From NCBI RefSeq assembly GCF_052425735.1, contig NC_135761.1, positions 14,756,001 through 14,820,000 of the forward strand: a DNA stretch of 64,000 bases. The letters are read 5' to 3'. Shown one piece after another: positions 1-12,988 of the stretch. Under the pieces are notes generated by a model. That model worked only from the letters and a program-made list of their open reading frames with translations, was not told the origin of the DNA and did no database searches. Position numbers and translations under genes: made by a program. This DNA is from Oculina patagonica (Eukaryota). How positions within the stretch are numbered: the first letter of the stretch is position 1; every line of letters begins with the position of its first letter.

Positions 1-946
1 TCACATGCATCCAATAAAAGGTATTGCTCCTTTGCTGAAAGATGAACACAACATTCAGACTTGTTCACGTCTTGCAAACCACAGTAATCTATATCTGGAA
101 GCAGACCGAGCAAAATGCCAATGGACTGTTATGACTAAACTTAAATAAAGGATAAGTTTGACCTAAATTAGCTACTTTTATTACCAACCAAAACTGACCT
201 TAAAACGGGGAATGGTCGACCTGATAACCTTTTGGGGTTAAACTCGGCCAACAGAACAACGGGACGACAGGATTAAAAGAAGCAAGCATCATCGAAAAAC
301 AAGGTAAGATAGAATAGAAACTCCCAATGGAACTCCAAGATGCATATGGCTATTTGTGATCAATGAAATATTATACAAGCACTGTTAAGTTAAATTGTGT
401 GCGGTAAACAATAATTCTGTCAAGTAGTTAACAAGCTAAAATGGGCTTCACTTTAAATATTATGATTGTTCATTTAAAATGCCAAAGCACCTTAAAATAC
501 GTTTAAATATAAACGACACAATTAAATCTGCGAGTGCAACTTACAATAAACACAACCTTAGTCTTTGACGCCTTGAAAGTCGCACTGATTGTAGGCATCC
601 TTAAATGACTACATATAACATGATGTAGTTTCTGGCAAATAGCCTTTTGATTAACTGAATTTGGAGTTGTCCCTCTTAAGACCCTCATAGCAATAGATCA
701 GTCAGATAGGCGGGAGCACAAGCAGGAAATATTTTTTTTATTGTCGGCTTCTTGATCGCTCAATTTTCGAGTTTATGTAACTGCAAGAACAGCTCATTGT
801 AAAGTATTTTCTTTTATCAGTCATTCCTTGATCGTAATCAGATTTGATTGCCAAATGCAACCAAGATTACTCATGTTGTCCATTAACGTACTGATTTTGT
901 TTTTATTTATTTTATTTTTTGTTTGTTTGTTGTTGTTTTTTACAGT

Positions 947-3803
947 ATGAGGCATATACATCATGCTCTGTTACATACTCTTATCATTGTCTGTTGGGCT
1001 TCATACAAAGCATTTGGAGGTAGGATAAAGAAACTGACAGCGATGTATAGATGTTGCCAATAAATATAGCAATATCGCCTGGTAACAAAAACTTGGTATA
1101 AAAATTATGGTATATAACCTGGTAATAAAATTTACCGTCTTTATTATTTACTATAACCTGTATCATTTATAAAGCAATAAACTTTGTGTATTTTATAAAT
1201 CACAAACATTTGAATTCGTATATATACTTTATCTTAGCCTCTTTAGGCACCACATCGGGAACATTCAAGATTTCTGACAATGGCGTACAGGGCCAAGGTG
1301 CATACACCATCTCCAACGGCACTGTGGAAATAGGACTTAAACTGCTGATAAGAACGATATCAAGCACTTTAAAGGACAAGGCCACTGCTACTATTACATC
1401 ACTTCCTCCTAACAGACTTGGTCCGTCTAGTCCGTCCGGTGCGTCCAACCCGTTAGGTACATCCGGTTCATCGGGTGCGTCCGGTGCAACTGGTGCGTCC
1501 GCTACGTCTGCTCCATCCGCCCCTTTAGCTCCCTCCGCTCCTTCCGCTCCTTCAAGTCCGTCAGGTGCGTTCGGTCCATCCAGTCCCCAGGTAACAACTG
1601 GGCCTGGAGCCATTCTAACTCCAGAAGGTTAGTAGCTAGAATGCTCGTTACATCCTAAAGTCATTTACATTTACAATAGTCGGGTCCATGTTTCCTTGTT
1701 CCCATCAAAATTTCCCTTGTGTTCCCATGTTCCCTAAAAGTATTTCTTCGATTGTGATGATCCCTGTTCCCTAAAAGATGCTCTTGTTCCCATGTTCCCA
1801 GTTTTATTTTCCTTTTGTTCCCATCAAGTCAAGCCATGTTCCCAAAAGGTTACTGGACCTGTTCCCCCTTTCCTTTGAACCCCAGCTGGGAGATCCTCAG
1901 TAACCTGTCAACAGTGTGGACCGGAGCAAGTTTTATTAAGAATTTATTGACCCTTTAATTACCAATTGCAAGTGTCTGAGAGAAACTTTATCGTTCGTAG
2001 TACATGTTTTAAAATGGAAACAGCTCTTCTCACCCCCATACATCAAAATGTTCAGAATGAAATATACTTTCAAATGGAGTATTATAAGCTGAAGTACACA
2101 GGTCATGACCGTCGTCAAAAAAAGAAACACTAAAATTTAAAGCTTATGAAAACAAAGGGACTAAGAGGGCGGTGTATGTGGTAGGACGAATGTGACTGCC
2201 GACAAAAATCAATGGATTAATAGCACGCAGCAATAGTACCGTTATAAAGAAGTGCATTGATATTATGTCAGTGATTATATTATATCATTACAAGTGGCGC
2301 TTATTTTAATAAAATACTTTTTAGACAATCAGTTCATCAATGACATGGTCGCTATTCACAACGAACTTCGCTCCGTGCACTTCTCTCCACCAATTCAAAA
2401 CAACACAGATATGTCCATCGCCGCCAAACAGTACGCTCAGGTTCTCGCCAAAGAAAAAGATCTAAGGCATTCCTCCCCCTTAGACAGACCACAGCAAGGT
2501 GAAAGCTTAGCCATGGGATGCACAACGGCTGCTGGAGAAGGAATCACGGCTAAAGAAGCTATTACGAAATGGTAAAACTCATAAATAACCGCGGCCAATC
2601 CTAAATGAATAACCGAAGAACTAACTAACCAACCAACCACTTCCNNNNNNNNNNNNNNNNNNNNNNNNNNNNNNNNNNNNNNNNNNNNNNNNNNNNNNNN
2701 NNNNNNNNNNNNNNNNNNNNNNNNNNNNNNNNNNNNNNNNNNNNNNNNNNNNNNNNNNNNNNNNNNNNNNNNNNNNNNNNNNNNNNNNNNNNNNNNNNNN
2801 NNNNNNNNNNNNNNNNNNTACTGTTTGACGGCTGACTGATCATGACCAACTGAATGACTGACCAACCGTCTGGTTGACTGACCAATTTACTGACTTTCTT
2901 ACTGACTGACTGATTGACTGACCCGCTGACTTACTGTCTGACTGACTGGTCTACTGAATCACATGAATGCCTAAAAAATTTACGTTATATGATTCACTGA
3001 GTTATTGAATGACTGACTGACGACCGTCCTACCGACCCACTGGCCCGATGGACTGAGTATTGACTAATTGAATGACCGATTAATTGTTTATTCATTGACT
3101 GGCTCACTGACTGGACAATTGATTGATTGATTGATTGATTGATCCTTTCAGGTACGACGAGGCATGTTGCCACAATTTCTCAATTCATGGCTTTCAAAAC
3201 ATCTCCGGACATTTTTCGCAGCTAGTGTGGAAAGCTACGGAAGAAATTGGTGTTGGCCGAGCGTTTGGTACAAAGTGGGGAATGAACTGTACTTTCATTG
3301 TCGCACGCTACAAACCAAAAGGAAACATTAACAGTGAAGCGTTATTCAAAGAAAATGTGGAAAGGGGAACCTTTGATCCAATGGCGTACAACTGCAGTGC
3401 CGTGGACTGTACCGCTATAGCAGAAGAAAAAAGCCAAGCCCAAGACAGTGTAGGAAACCAACTGCAGGATAACAGGATACCAGATAAATCCAGGAACGTT
3501 GGATATCAAAATGTAATACCAAAGAACAAAGAACCTCAGAGATATAACAATTTTAATTATAGAAGTTCCCCAAGGTTTGGTAATGTTTTGGGTTATCAAG
3601 GTTCCCATGGTTACATTAAAATCCCGGAATATAATTCGAAGCAGCTGGGTACGAGTAACGAAGGTAACAGGGTTAGCCAATATAACAGGGAAGAGGGTCG
3701 GCAGCGGTACATTTCAACCCGTCTAAACCAAGACAAAGGAAGACCCAGGTCCATAGTCTATAGAGCTAAGACACCTCCCATCCGAGGCATAAAGGTGCTG
3801 TAA
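947..3803 (+). CDS. CAP-1: secreted CAP/SCP (GLIPR2/PR-1-like) protein, about 453 aa; exons 947-1019, 1238-1627, 2325-2571, 3152-3803
   Basis: Exon 1 reads MRHIHHALLHTLIIVCWASYKAFG (signal-like), followed by an S/P/A/G linker. CAP motifs: HNELRSVH, AKQYA, LRHS, GESLAM, W|YDE, GHFSQLVW, FIVARYKPKGN. GT/AG introns have phases 1,1,2 and the total is 1362 nt. An alternative in-phase acceptor lies at 1247. Confidence 0.9.
1688..1870. repeat. Degenerate TGTTCCC-motif repeat in CAP-1 intron 2
   Basis: Repeated tgttccc units are visible directly. Confidence 0.7.
2620..3142. repeat. Degenerate (ACTG)n/(ATTG)n microsatellite containing an assembly gap, CAP-1 intron 3
   Basis: ctgactgactga and gattgattgatt runs flank an N-run. 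Confidence 0.8.
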
Positions 3804-6332
3804 ATAACCTAACATCCCCTCCGTTTACGTCTTGATTTACGGCAGGGAAATTGATGTTGGATATGAATTTAGAATGGTTCTTCCAATTATGGGAACCGTA
3901 ATAATATAAGAAGTGATTATATATCGAGTCATCTTGAGATAAACTGATAATTATTCTTTAATGTTTTTATGGTCTTTTCTTGAGGACTGCTAAGAAACAT
4001 TGGTCATAAATAAGTGCGTCTTGTATCATATTAGGCTTTGAACATTCTTCTTCTCTTTCTGTATGACCGTGAGTGGCCAAAAGGATACGCAATAACAGAT
4101 AATAATGCTGTGGAAATAAAATAAAATAAACAAAAAAATAAATGAGCAAAAAAAAATTACACAAATTAACGTTTGACGTAAAATCTAAGTAAATGCATGA
4201 AACTGTTGCAACTATGTAGCCGCTGTTAAGAACTGTAACTGTAACTAAACGGAAAGCTAGGATTTTCATTATCCAATGACAATTAAAGGATATACTGTAA
4301 CAAAGGTCCTTTGAAAGTCAAGTTGGGTTAAGTCTAGAAAGCGTGAAATATAATAAAAAATTATGAAAAGTTGAACGAGTCGCCCGCAAGGAAAAACCTT
4401 GCATTTGCTTTTCACTATGTTGCTTAATTTTTTTGATGCATAAAAAAACTTGTAAGCTAAATCTGTTGAGCTCTTCTTTTTCCGCTCCTCGATGGGGACG
4501 ATGAAATTGTGTTGGATTGTAAAATGTGTCTCGGTGAAAATCTTCTCTGAATGTTATAAAATTATTTTAAAAATCGCCCGCTTTCAAAAGCGTAAGTGAA
4601 TAATAAATGTTTTTCTTACCGTGTAAAATCTTCATTACATATTTCAATACAGTCCCTCTTTCTCCTCCAAAATCACCTCGAATAGTAAATTATCCCAGTC
4701 CTTCTTTACGGACAATTTACAAAACGCAAAAGCGGCGGCCATTCTGTTAACAACCGCACGCTGTTTCGCTACTCGCTTTCTATTACAGAATAGATAGTGC
4801 GTAGCGGATCCAATCAGAGAACAGCATTCGTGATAGAACGCTAGTAAATTTATACTTAAAGAGTGTAGACCATGGAAAATGTGGCCAGCTTGGTTTTCTA
4901 CAACAGCACCAAACATTTAACGTCGAATTGAAAGGGAAATCAGTATGACAGCTCGTAAGATCACTTTTTTTTATTGAAACAGACAAGTTCGTCCGAATAT
5001 TTTACCCCGTATGTCTCAATTGCCAAATCCATAGCTAACCGGTTCTCTTTTGTTGGAAACACTCCAAACAATTTCTCATGTTTTATGAAGGTTGCCTTGC
5101 GTTGCGTTATAGGTTATACCCTATTTTCGTGGTCTACCCTGTCATCAACCATATAGCTCCCGACTAATGAACGAGTGAGATTTCTCTCAGTTGTTGTTAA
5201 ACAATGAAACGATCGGCTTTAACTAATCCTGATTGAAAGAGAATTTACAATCGAATTTGATTGTCTGACTAGAGTCGAGCCAACAATAATAACACAATGC
5301 GCCGAGATACGAAATGATTCCTAGTCTGCGTAGCTGTTAGTAACGTTGGCGCAAAACAAGACAAAAAACAAACACCCGGGCCACGAAAACGAGTGGCATA
5401 GCAGCGTAAGGAATGTGGAGGAGCGATGGAGACTCCTTCCTCCCCATTTCTTTCACGGCTCCAACATCCATATTTGCCTCGTTAAGCAGGAACGAAACCG
5501 CAGCGACGCATGCTCCAAAATGTTACCTTTGAACAGTTTTGCCGTCGAACACATGCAAGAAGAGATACGTAGATGCCTGGGCACACAAGGGGGGTGAGAA
5601 AGCGGAGGGGAAACGGGAGGGCAAGCGGAAACGGAAACGATCAGGGAGGCGGCGAAACGACCAGCGAAACGCAACACCTGAGACGTAGGAAGAGGGGGCA
5701 ATCGGGGGGGGGCAAAACGGATGATGTGCAGGAGATGGGCAAACCAGGGGGGGCATAAGCGGGGGGGGGGAGGGGCATAACGGAATTTACGGTATTGCAC
5801 ATATCATCATGCATTATGTAAGCATACTAGAAAGAGAGTTTTCGAGATAGATCCAGAGTTGTTAAGAAAATTGATGTGCTGGCCGAGTGATTAAAAATAC
5901 CAAGAATCCGCAAATGAAAACATTGCGGAAACACGTGACCACGTCACGGAAACGCAGCGGCAAAAACGTGCTTCTGATCACAAAATTGTGACTTTTACAC
6001 ATGTTTCCGTCTATACGGACACAGCGAAAAAACCGGACCACTTTTTTTATGTAATAAAAAAACAGTGATGATAGAAATACGATTTTAACAACAGTCTCGA
6101 GGAGTTATCTGATCTTAAAATCATATTTTTACAATGTCGTCAAGTGAAAAAACTGTATCTTAAATAGCTATCAATTTACAGAAATGTTTTTGATTATAGG
6201 TGACCAGTTATCCATGAGCCGCTAATTATAGAGCCATACCTCCTTTTCCGTTACCTGTTAAGTGCAGTTATTGATTACCAATATTGTGATTGGTATTGTT
6301 TATGAAAATAATCTTGAAATAAAAGACAAACA

Positions 6333-6850
6333 AAACGTGTTTCCTGAAAGCATGGTTAGTTTTCAAATCAAATCAAAGTAGGCAAGGATTTCATTGCATT
6401 TTTTCCATAAACAAACTGATTATCGATCGCGTTGTCGGTAATTGGATCCCAAAAGTCCATTAGCTTCACCCTTGCCTTGTCACGCCTACTTCCAATTAAA
6501 CATACAGGCCACCACGACAAGGGGCGGTCCCGTCTGACAAGTTAACAGAAAGCGCATTTGAACTGCACTTATCTGGTCCAATAAAAACAGTCTATGAAAG
6601 AACATGAAAACGTATTTCCTAAAAGCATGGTAAGTTTGAATCAAAGTAGGTAGGCATTTCATTGCAGTTTTTACATAAATAAACAGAAGATCGATCGTGT
6701 TTTCGGTAATTCAATCCCCAAAGTCCATTAGCGCCACCCTTGCCTTGCCACGCCCACTTCCAATTAAACATACAGGCCACCACGACAAGGGGCGGTCCCG
6801 TCAGACAAGTTAACATAAAGCGCATTTGGACTGCATTAATTTAGCCCAAT
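6333..6850 (+). promoter_or_regulatory. Tandemly duplicated unit of about 275 bp with GC box and CCAAT motifs, upstream of CAP-2
   Basis: Two copies (about 6333-6580 and 6608-6850) share ccaattaaacatacaggccaccacgacaaggggcggtcccgtc. A probable 5'UTR donor ag|gtaagt follows at about 6980. The duplication is certain; the promoter role is inferred. Confidence 0.5.
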
Positions 6851-7589
6851 TAGAACACTCCATAGGATTCCCGCATGACCAGTTCTCCACTAAAGTTATT
6901 TGATTTTTTCGGCCAACGACAGCAGTCCTTCTAGTCAAGCTACCAATTAGCATTTTTTGTCGCATTTTAGCTACAAATAGGTAAGTTTACACAACTGCCA
7001 TGCTAACTGCAGAAATCGACAATTAAATCGTGGAAATCAAACTACTGTGATAAAGGAAGTTGGCGTTAAAAGGGATTACAAGAAGACTCGATTAATTGTG
7101 ACGAATTTTAAAGGCAGGTTAAAAGAATAATGGTAGCCGTAGGCGATAAATTTAAACGTTTGATACTTCAAAAACCTTTCGTAATAGCATCTTAACACTG
7201 AGGATTCTAATGATAGCATAACAGCCACCTCTATAGTTAATGTTTAACTCCAAAGCTGAAAAGACATTATTAATAAACTTTTAAACAAATTTGTTTTCTC
7301 CGTTGCTTTAAACCAAAACATTTATTTTCACTTTACATCGCAGCGAATCCAACAAAATATTTGAAATGCATAAACGGAAAATAGGTGGACAGAACGATTC
7401 TACTGAAATCAACTCAGTCAAGAATCAACTAATATTAACGTTATCTTTTTATAATCATAGTTAAATCTTATGGTAAGTGGAAATTCATTCTTATCTAACC
7501 ATAATATGTTAACCATATTGTGCTTTACTTAGTTGCAGGTCTATCGCCTAAAGCAAATTTTTGCGCAAAAGCGACGCTGGCTATCGGAG

Positions 7590-10500
7590 ATGAACATTCT
7601 ATTCTTGTGTTGTGTGTTCGTTGTGGCACAAATTGTTTATTCGGAGGCGAACAGATTGTCCAGAATCGCTTTACAGCCAAATACACAGAACTGGAATAAC
7701 AATGCGCTGAAGTCAGGAAGCGCTGGCATTGTGAAACCCAACCCCTTTTTGTGGAGAAACCTGATTGGTTTAAAGAACAAAGGTATGGCTTTGTACGATG
7801 ACTTTGCAAGGAAGTCTTTGCAAGACAAAAATAATACATTTGCTGAGTGTTTAATAACAAAACAAATTACGTTTGTAGAGTGTCTTGAAATGTCCATATT
7901 TTCACTTATATATTCCGGTATTACTTAGTCACAACAGCATGAACGTTTACAGGAATACATGTCCACGTTTTCAGGCAAACGATCTAGACAGTCTTTATCT
8001 TACGTCCCTATTTGCCGACCATTGCCTCATAAATATCATGTTAAGTTATGACTGTGGGTGCACGAAACTGGCTTCCTCTAAGAAGGAAACAGTCTATGCT
8101 AAAATAAGCTTAGACCAAGGGAGTACTTAAGGATTATTTAAAAGTCAACTCTTGCTTTATACACCTTCAACCTACGATCGGGTATGCTTTATGGTTGAAT
8201 TTTTTACATGTTCAAAGTTAGCGCGTTTTATATATTGAAATATGAAAATACTGTAGTTCTTCACTATGTTTTACAGTTAAATTTTGATATTTGAAGTTGC
8301 ACTATTTTACACTTTGCCAAAAGGAAACATGTTTTAAAATCAGTCAATGAGCTGAATTTACGTGATCGTGTATATTGTTTTCTTCTGGTGTTAAATTTAG
8401 GAAGAGTTGGACAATTAAGGAAGGACTTAGCTGCACCCCAAAAGTTCCAAATTAAGGGTACTGCAGCTCTTAAGAATGGAAACCTCAAGATGGACCTTAA
8501 CTTAGACACTGCTGATAGCAAATTGCAGTCTGCCGTTAATGTTCACTTGGACCCAGCAGTTGGCAAAATTTTCTTATCTTCGGCATCAACACAGCCAACA
8601 TCAGCAACAACGAATGGACCTGCTACTACAGGTCCCACATCTGGTCCAACATCTGGAACAACTGCTGCAGTAACCACCAGTGCAGGTGGTGCTTCCACCA
8701 CAGCTGTAGGAGCTACATCTGGGCCTGGCTCGACTTCGACAGGTCAGCCGACCACAGCACCGACAGGACCCCCTACTCCACTGGTTACATCAGCGACTAC
8801 CTCCGGGCCCTCTACAACTGCACCCCCATCTGGTCCAACAGCCGGAACAACAATAGCAACAACTGTAGCAGGGATTACCAGTACGAATGGTATCCCTACC
8901 ACAGCCGGAGGAGCCACATTGGGAGTAACTACGAGAGCGACATTGGTGCCACCAACATCCTTGGGCTCATCTTCAACAACTGCTCCCGGTGCATCAACTC
9001 TGCCTACAAGCAAACCAACATCTCCCGTAGGGGCGGGGGTTACCACGAAAGCGACTTTGGTGCCACCAACATCCTTGGGCTCATCTTCAACAACTGCTCC
9101 TAGTGCATCAACGCTCCCTTCAAGCCAACCAACTTCTCCAGTAGGGGCAACAACAATGTCAACCAGCGCGCAACCTACCAGTGCTGTCGTAACAACATCA
9201 GTGATGACCACTTCAAAGCCAACTGGAGCTGCACCGAATAAAATCTGCCTAACTCCCGATAAAGGTAAGCGATCCATATCAATATCGCATTTATTGAGGT
9301 AAGTTATGCTGTGAATATTACATCAAGAATGTCGACACGCTAAAGTAAACTGAGTGGTGGTTAACAATGATGACTTGGGTGAGAGTAGTGATAGTGAACA
9401 ACGACGAATGTCTTTCTTTTAGTCTTCTTGGGTATTTAATTAGCTGTCTACTGAAAAGTTCTCAACTTCCTTTGAAACTTCGGAGAAACGAGAAATGCGC
9501 CATTTTGTAGAATACCTTAAGCCACTGCACATTAATGGCCGGGTGATAGTGTGCAATAGCTGAGCCAATGAAATGGCAGCATTTCCATTAGTAATACTGG
9601 TAGAATTCTATTAATTACATGTTTGTTAATTTTAATATATTCAACTCGTAGCAGGAACCAACCTTATAAAAATACATCAAGGAATTGCTACAGTTTGATT
9701 TCTTTTCACATTTCAGTTTTCGTAATAGTAATTGCCAAGCAGGTAATGAACGCCCACAATGCATTCCGACGTACTCATGGCTCCCCTGATCTGCAACTCG
9801 ACGAACAAATGATCTGTGACGCTCAGAAATTCGCCCAAAATATTGCTTATAGAGGAGTTCTGGAGCACCAATCAAGTGCAATCCTTGCCCGAAAAGGACT
9901 GGGGGAAAACATTGGAATGTCTTGTACGCCTGCTCGAAACGGGCCCCTGAACTACGATAAAGTAATCAAGATGGTGCGAAGTGTGGCTAAGCGCTGGTAA
10001 GAGTGTGTTTGCTGTTGAACATTTCGGATTTGTTACACTGATGTTTAGAACAGAGATTGAGGGGTCCATACTATCCATAAAGGCGATGGTCGTTTGTTAA
10101 AGATCCGGTGATTTTAATTAAAAGACTTTTCTTTTATTAAGCTACACTTTTCCACTATGACAGTACAATATACCTATCGTGTTTCCTTTTACCCAAATTA
10201 TTTTCTTTGGGCTTAGGAAAAAACCTTAATAAAACTAATTGGTAGGAACCGTAGGGAAAGTGAAATAAACAAGTTAGGGATGGATCAAGGGGGAGGGGGG
10301 GGGGGGGGAGACAAAATGAGGACAATGCTCTTGGTAAGGTTATGACGAGCTAGTTTTTTGGCAAAAAAGAAATTTAAAGTATTTGTNNNNNNNNNNNNNN
10401 NNNNNNNNNNNNNNNNNNNNNNNNNNNNNNNNNNNNNNNNNNNNNNNNNNNNNNNNNNNNNNNNNNNNNNNNNNNNNNNNNNNNNNNNNNNNNNNNNNNN

Positions 10501-11185
10501 NNNNNNNNNNNNNNNNNNNNNNNNNNNNNNNNNNNNNNNNNNTGGCTAGTTTGTACACAAACAAGGAATACGTTTTCCCTTGGCACTTACCCTTATTTGA
10601 CATATTAAATTTTTTGCATTAAATAAATATGTAAACCAGAACTTCCTTTTTGTGGAATTAAGGTTATTTGAACTGAACTACTAACTAGTACATTCAAATC
10701 GTATAAGCACTATTAAAATACAAGCATTTAAGATTTGTTAATCAGAACTGCTTTGATTAGAGATGGATTCCCCCTTTCCCCTCTAACGAATACCATACCA
10801 CTCTCCGATTTTAGTTTGTTCCTCTTTTCAATTAATTCATTACAGGTACGATGAGGTCTGTGAATATAACTTCGACAAGCCGAATTTTGCTCCGGGTACA
10901 GGTCATTTCACCGAGGTCGTTTGGTCAGGCAGCAGGAAGCTCGGTGTTGGTTACGCCGTCGGAAAGAATGCCAAATTTCCCGGATATGTTTGCGTCTACG
11001 TTGTTGGCCGATACAGTCCCGCTGGTAACAACGTTGGAGCGCAAAGACTGGAGACGAACGTCAAGAGAGGGAATTTCAATGAAGGTTACTGCAGGCGAAG
11101 GTCAAAAGCGCCATCCTTTACTCTCATCCCTGTGGATAAGAGAAACCATATGAAAAACAAGTTTAGTCACGCCGCAAGGTATTAG
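7590..11185 (+). CDS. CAP-2: secreted CAP/SCP protein with long Thr/Ser/Pro mucin-like linker, about 558 aa; exons 7590-7782, 8401-9264, 9717-9996, 10846-11185
   Basis: Signal peptide MNILFLCCVFVVAQIVYSEA. CAP motifs: AHNAFRRTHG, AQKFA, LEH, GENIGMSC, W|YDEVCEYNF, GHFTEVVW, YVVGRYSPAGN. Stop TAG at 11183-11185; 1677 nt in frame. The ORF track missed the reading frame of the last exon. Confidence 0.9.
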
Positions 11186-11527
11186 GCCAATGGGTGACTA
11201 CTATATTACATCTAAATCATTATGATACAAAATTATGACGATGGGTTATGGCTGTAAAGAAACGAAAGCATTCACATTGTTGATTACAAAATAGGTTATT
11301 CGAGGAAACGGATTCAAAAATGTAATCTAGCTAGTATTTATAAGTATTCTTATAGCGGAAATCACGTATTTAACGAAGACATCCTTATATTTCAATGAAA
11401 TAAGTACAAGGGAACTGATGTAAAGTATTTTACATTGTTAAAATGAACCAGGGAATAAAATAGTCATCCAATAAGAAACCTTAACTGATGTGTAATGCTC
11501 GTAAAACTTCTTTCTTTGACTTAAAAG

Positions 11528-11822
11528 GGGAGGCGAGGTGGCCTAATGGTTAGCGCGCTGGACTCCGGATCGAGCTGTCCGGGTTCGAACCCTGGTAGGG
11601 CAATGCGTTGTGTTCTTAGGCGTGACACTTTACTCTCAAAGTGCCTCGCTTCACTGAAGTGTATAGATGGGTCCCGGCGAAATTAATGTATGGGGGTAGC
11701 CATTCGATAGATTTCTCTCTCATGCAGGGGGGAGTAGAAATACTCTTAGCTGTTTAATGCTACAGGAACTGGAATAAGCTCTGGCCTGATGGGCCACTAG
11801 GCTCGTATACAGACTTTACCTT
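11528..11822 (+). mobile_element. tRNA-derived SINE (family A)
   Basis: A-box ggtggcctaatggttagcgcgc and B-box gggttcgaaccc, then a conserved body and a ctttacctt tail. Related copies occur elsewhere in the window. Confidence 0.8.
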
Positions 11823-11986
11823 AACCTTCGACTTAAAGGAGCGTTTGATCTGTTCTACTTATTAAGGGAATCTTGTTTCTTGAAGCGAAATTTTCTATAA
11901 AATTAGCACTGCTATCGTATGTTCTTCGGCCAGAAAATCTTCTCTCGAAGTTTCTCTCCACTCGGCTGTATAAATGGGTTCGGGCG

Positions 11987-12174
11987 AATAGGCCATTTCC
12001 GAGTTACTCCTTGCCTCTGTTTCAAAACGAGTCTACGTGCGAAACCATACATATGAAATGAGTTTCACCTACGGATCAATTTTTTATGCAAATCAAACTC
12101 ATTTTCATTTGAATGGTTTCGCACGTAGACTCGTTTTAAAACGGAGGCAAAGGGTAACTCGGAAATGGCCTATT
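11987..12174. mobile_element. MITE with 21-bp terminal inverted repeats (TIRs), inserted into a partial family A SINE (about 11945-12345)
   Basis: aataggccatttccgagttac ... gtaactcggaaatggcctatt; the flanks rejoin as SINE body sequence. Confidence 0.8.
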
Positions 12175-12865
12175 TAATGCTTGGGTGGGGAGAGGGAGGT
12201 GGGGAGGGGGGGGGGGGGTGTAACTCTTCGATGGACTAGCATCCAATCCAGGGTAGTATAAATACCCTTAGTCGGTTAATTAATGCTACGGAAACCGGGA
12301 TAAACTTCAGCAAGATAGCTCATATTGTCCCGAACCAGACTTGTTTATGCTTGACGCGATTATAAAGCAGTGGAAGTCACTAGCGCACTCAATAATTAGT
12401 TAACATATAATTATAATGATAAAAAGGCATTCAGGTCTTTTGTCTTCAAATGGCTTTCGTGAAATAACCAATAATTAGCGCTGGGTTTACTCTTCCGTTA
12501 CAAATGTTAATAATCTAATAATCTAAGCTTTAAAATGGTAAAAGAAAAATCCCATAACAAATTTGGCCCCAGGTGTGAACTGTGTACGATCGCGATCAAC
12601 GGAGATTTCCGTGTCAACGTGGAGTTAGGAAGTGCTAATCGAAGTCCTCATAAATGATGTGGACTAATTCAAGCTATGAGAAAACGGAAAATGTCATTGA
12701 CCAAGAGAGACCCAAAGAAACAATCTGTCGCTCAGAGAGAATTTTGTTACTAACACAATAAAGGGTTGCCATATTTTAAATTTTTAATAGGCGAAATGGA
12801 CTCGTCTGGTGGGCGGAAGAAAGTGGATATACGTATTATTTTGATTTGAATTGAATTTAAACTTG

Positions 12866-12872
12866 TATAAAA
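12866..12872 (+). promoter_or_regulatory. Putative TATA box of CAP-3
   Basis: TATAAAA lies about 120 bp upstream of the first coding ATG at 12989. Confidence 0.45.
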
Positions 12873-12988
12873 GAGGTGTGAAAAACCTGCAAAAACGGGT
12901 CAAAAGAAAGACCTGTGGTGTGGAGTACTGACTAGAATTCTTTCAGCCATAGAATTGTTATTATAAAACAAACCATTCCGTTGAATAG

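Noticed and set aside
1200-1613. Collagen-like minus-strand ORF (also 8744-9277, 21078-21356, 37510-37875, 62550-62831)
   Set aside because: Antisense shadows of the low-complexity linker exons on the + strand.
2437-2885. ORFs spanning N-runs (also near 10.4, 24.3 and 27.3 kb)
   Set aside because: Artefacts of assembly gaps.
10851-11153. 100-aa ORF from the track as a separate gene
   Set aside because: It is an alternative frame overlapping the last CAP-2 exon.
11528-11600. tRNA gene
   Set aside because: The A/B boxes run into a multi-copy SINE body.
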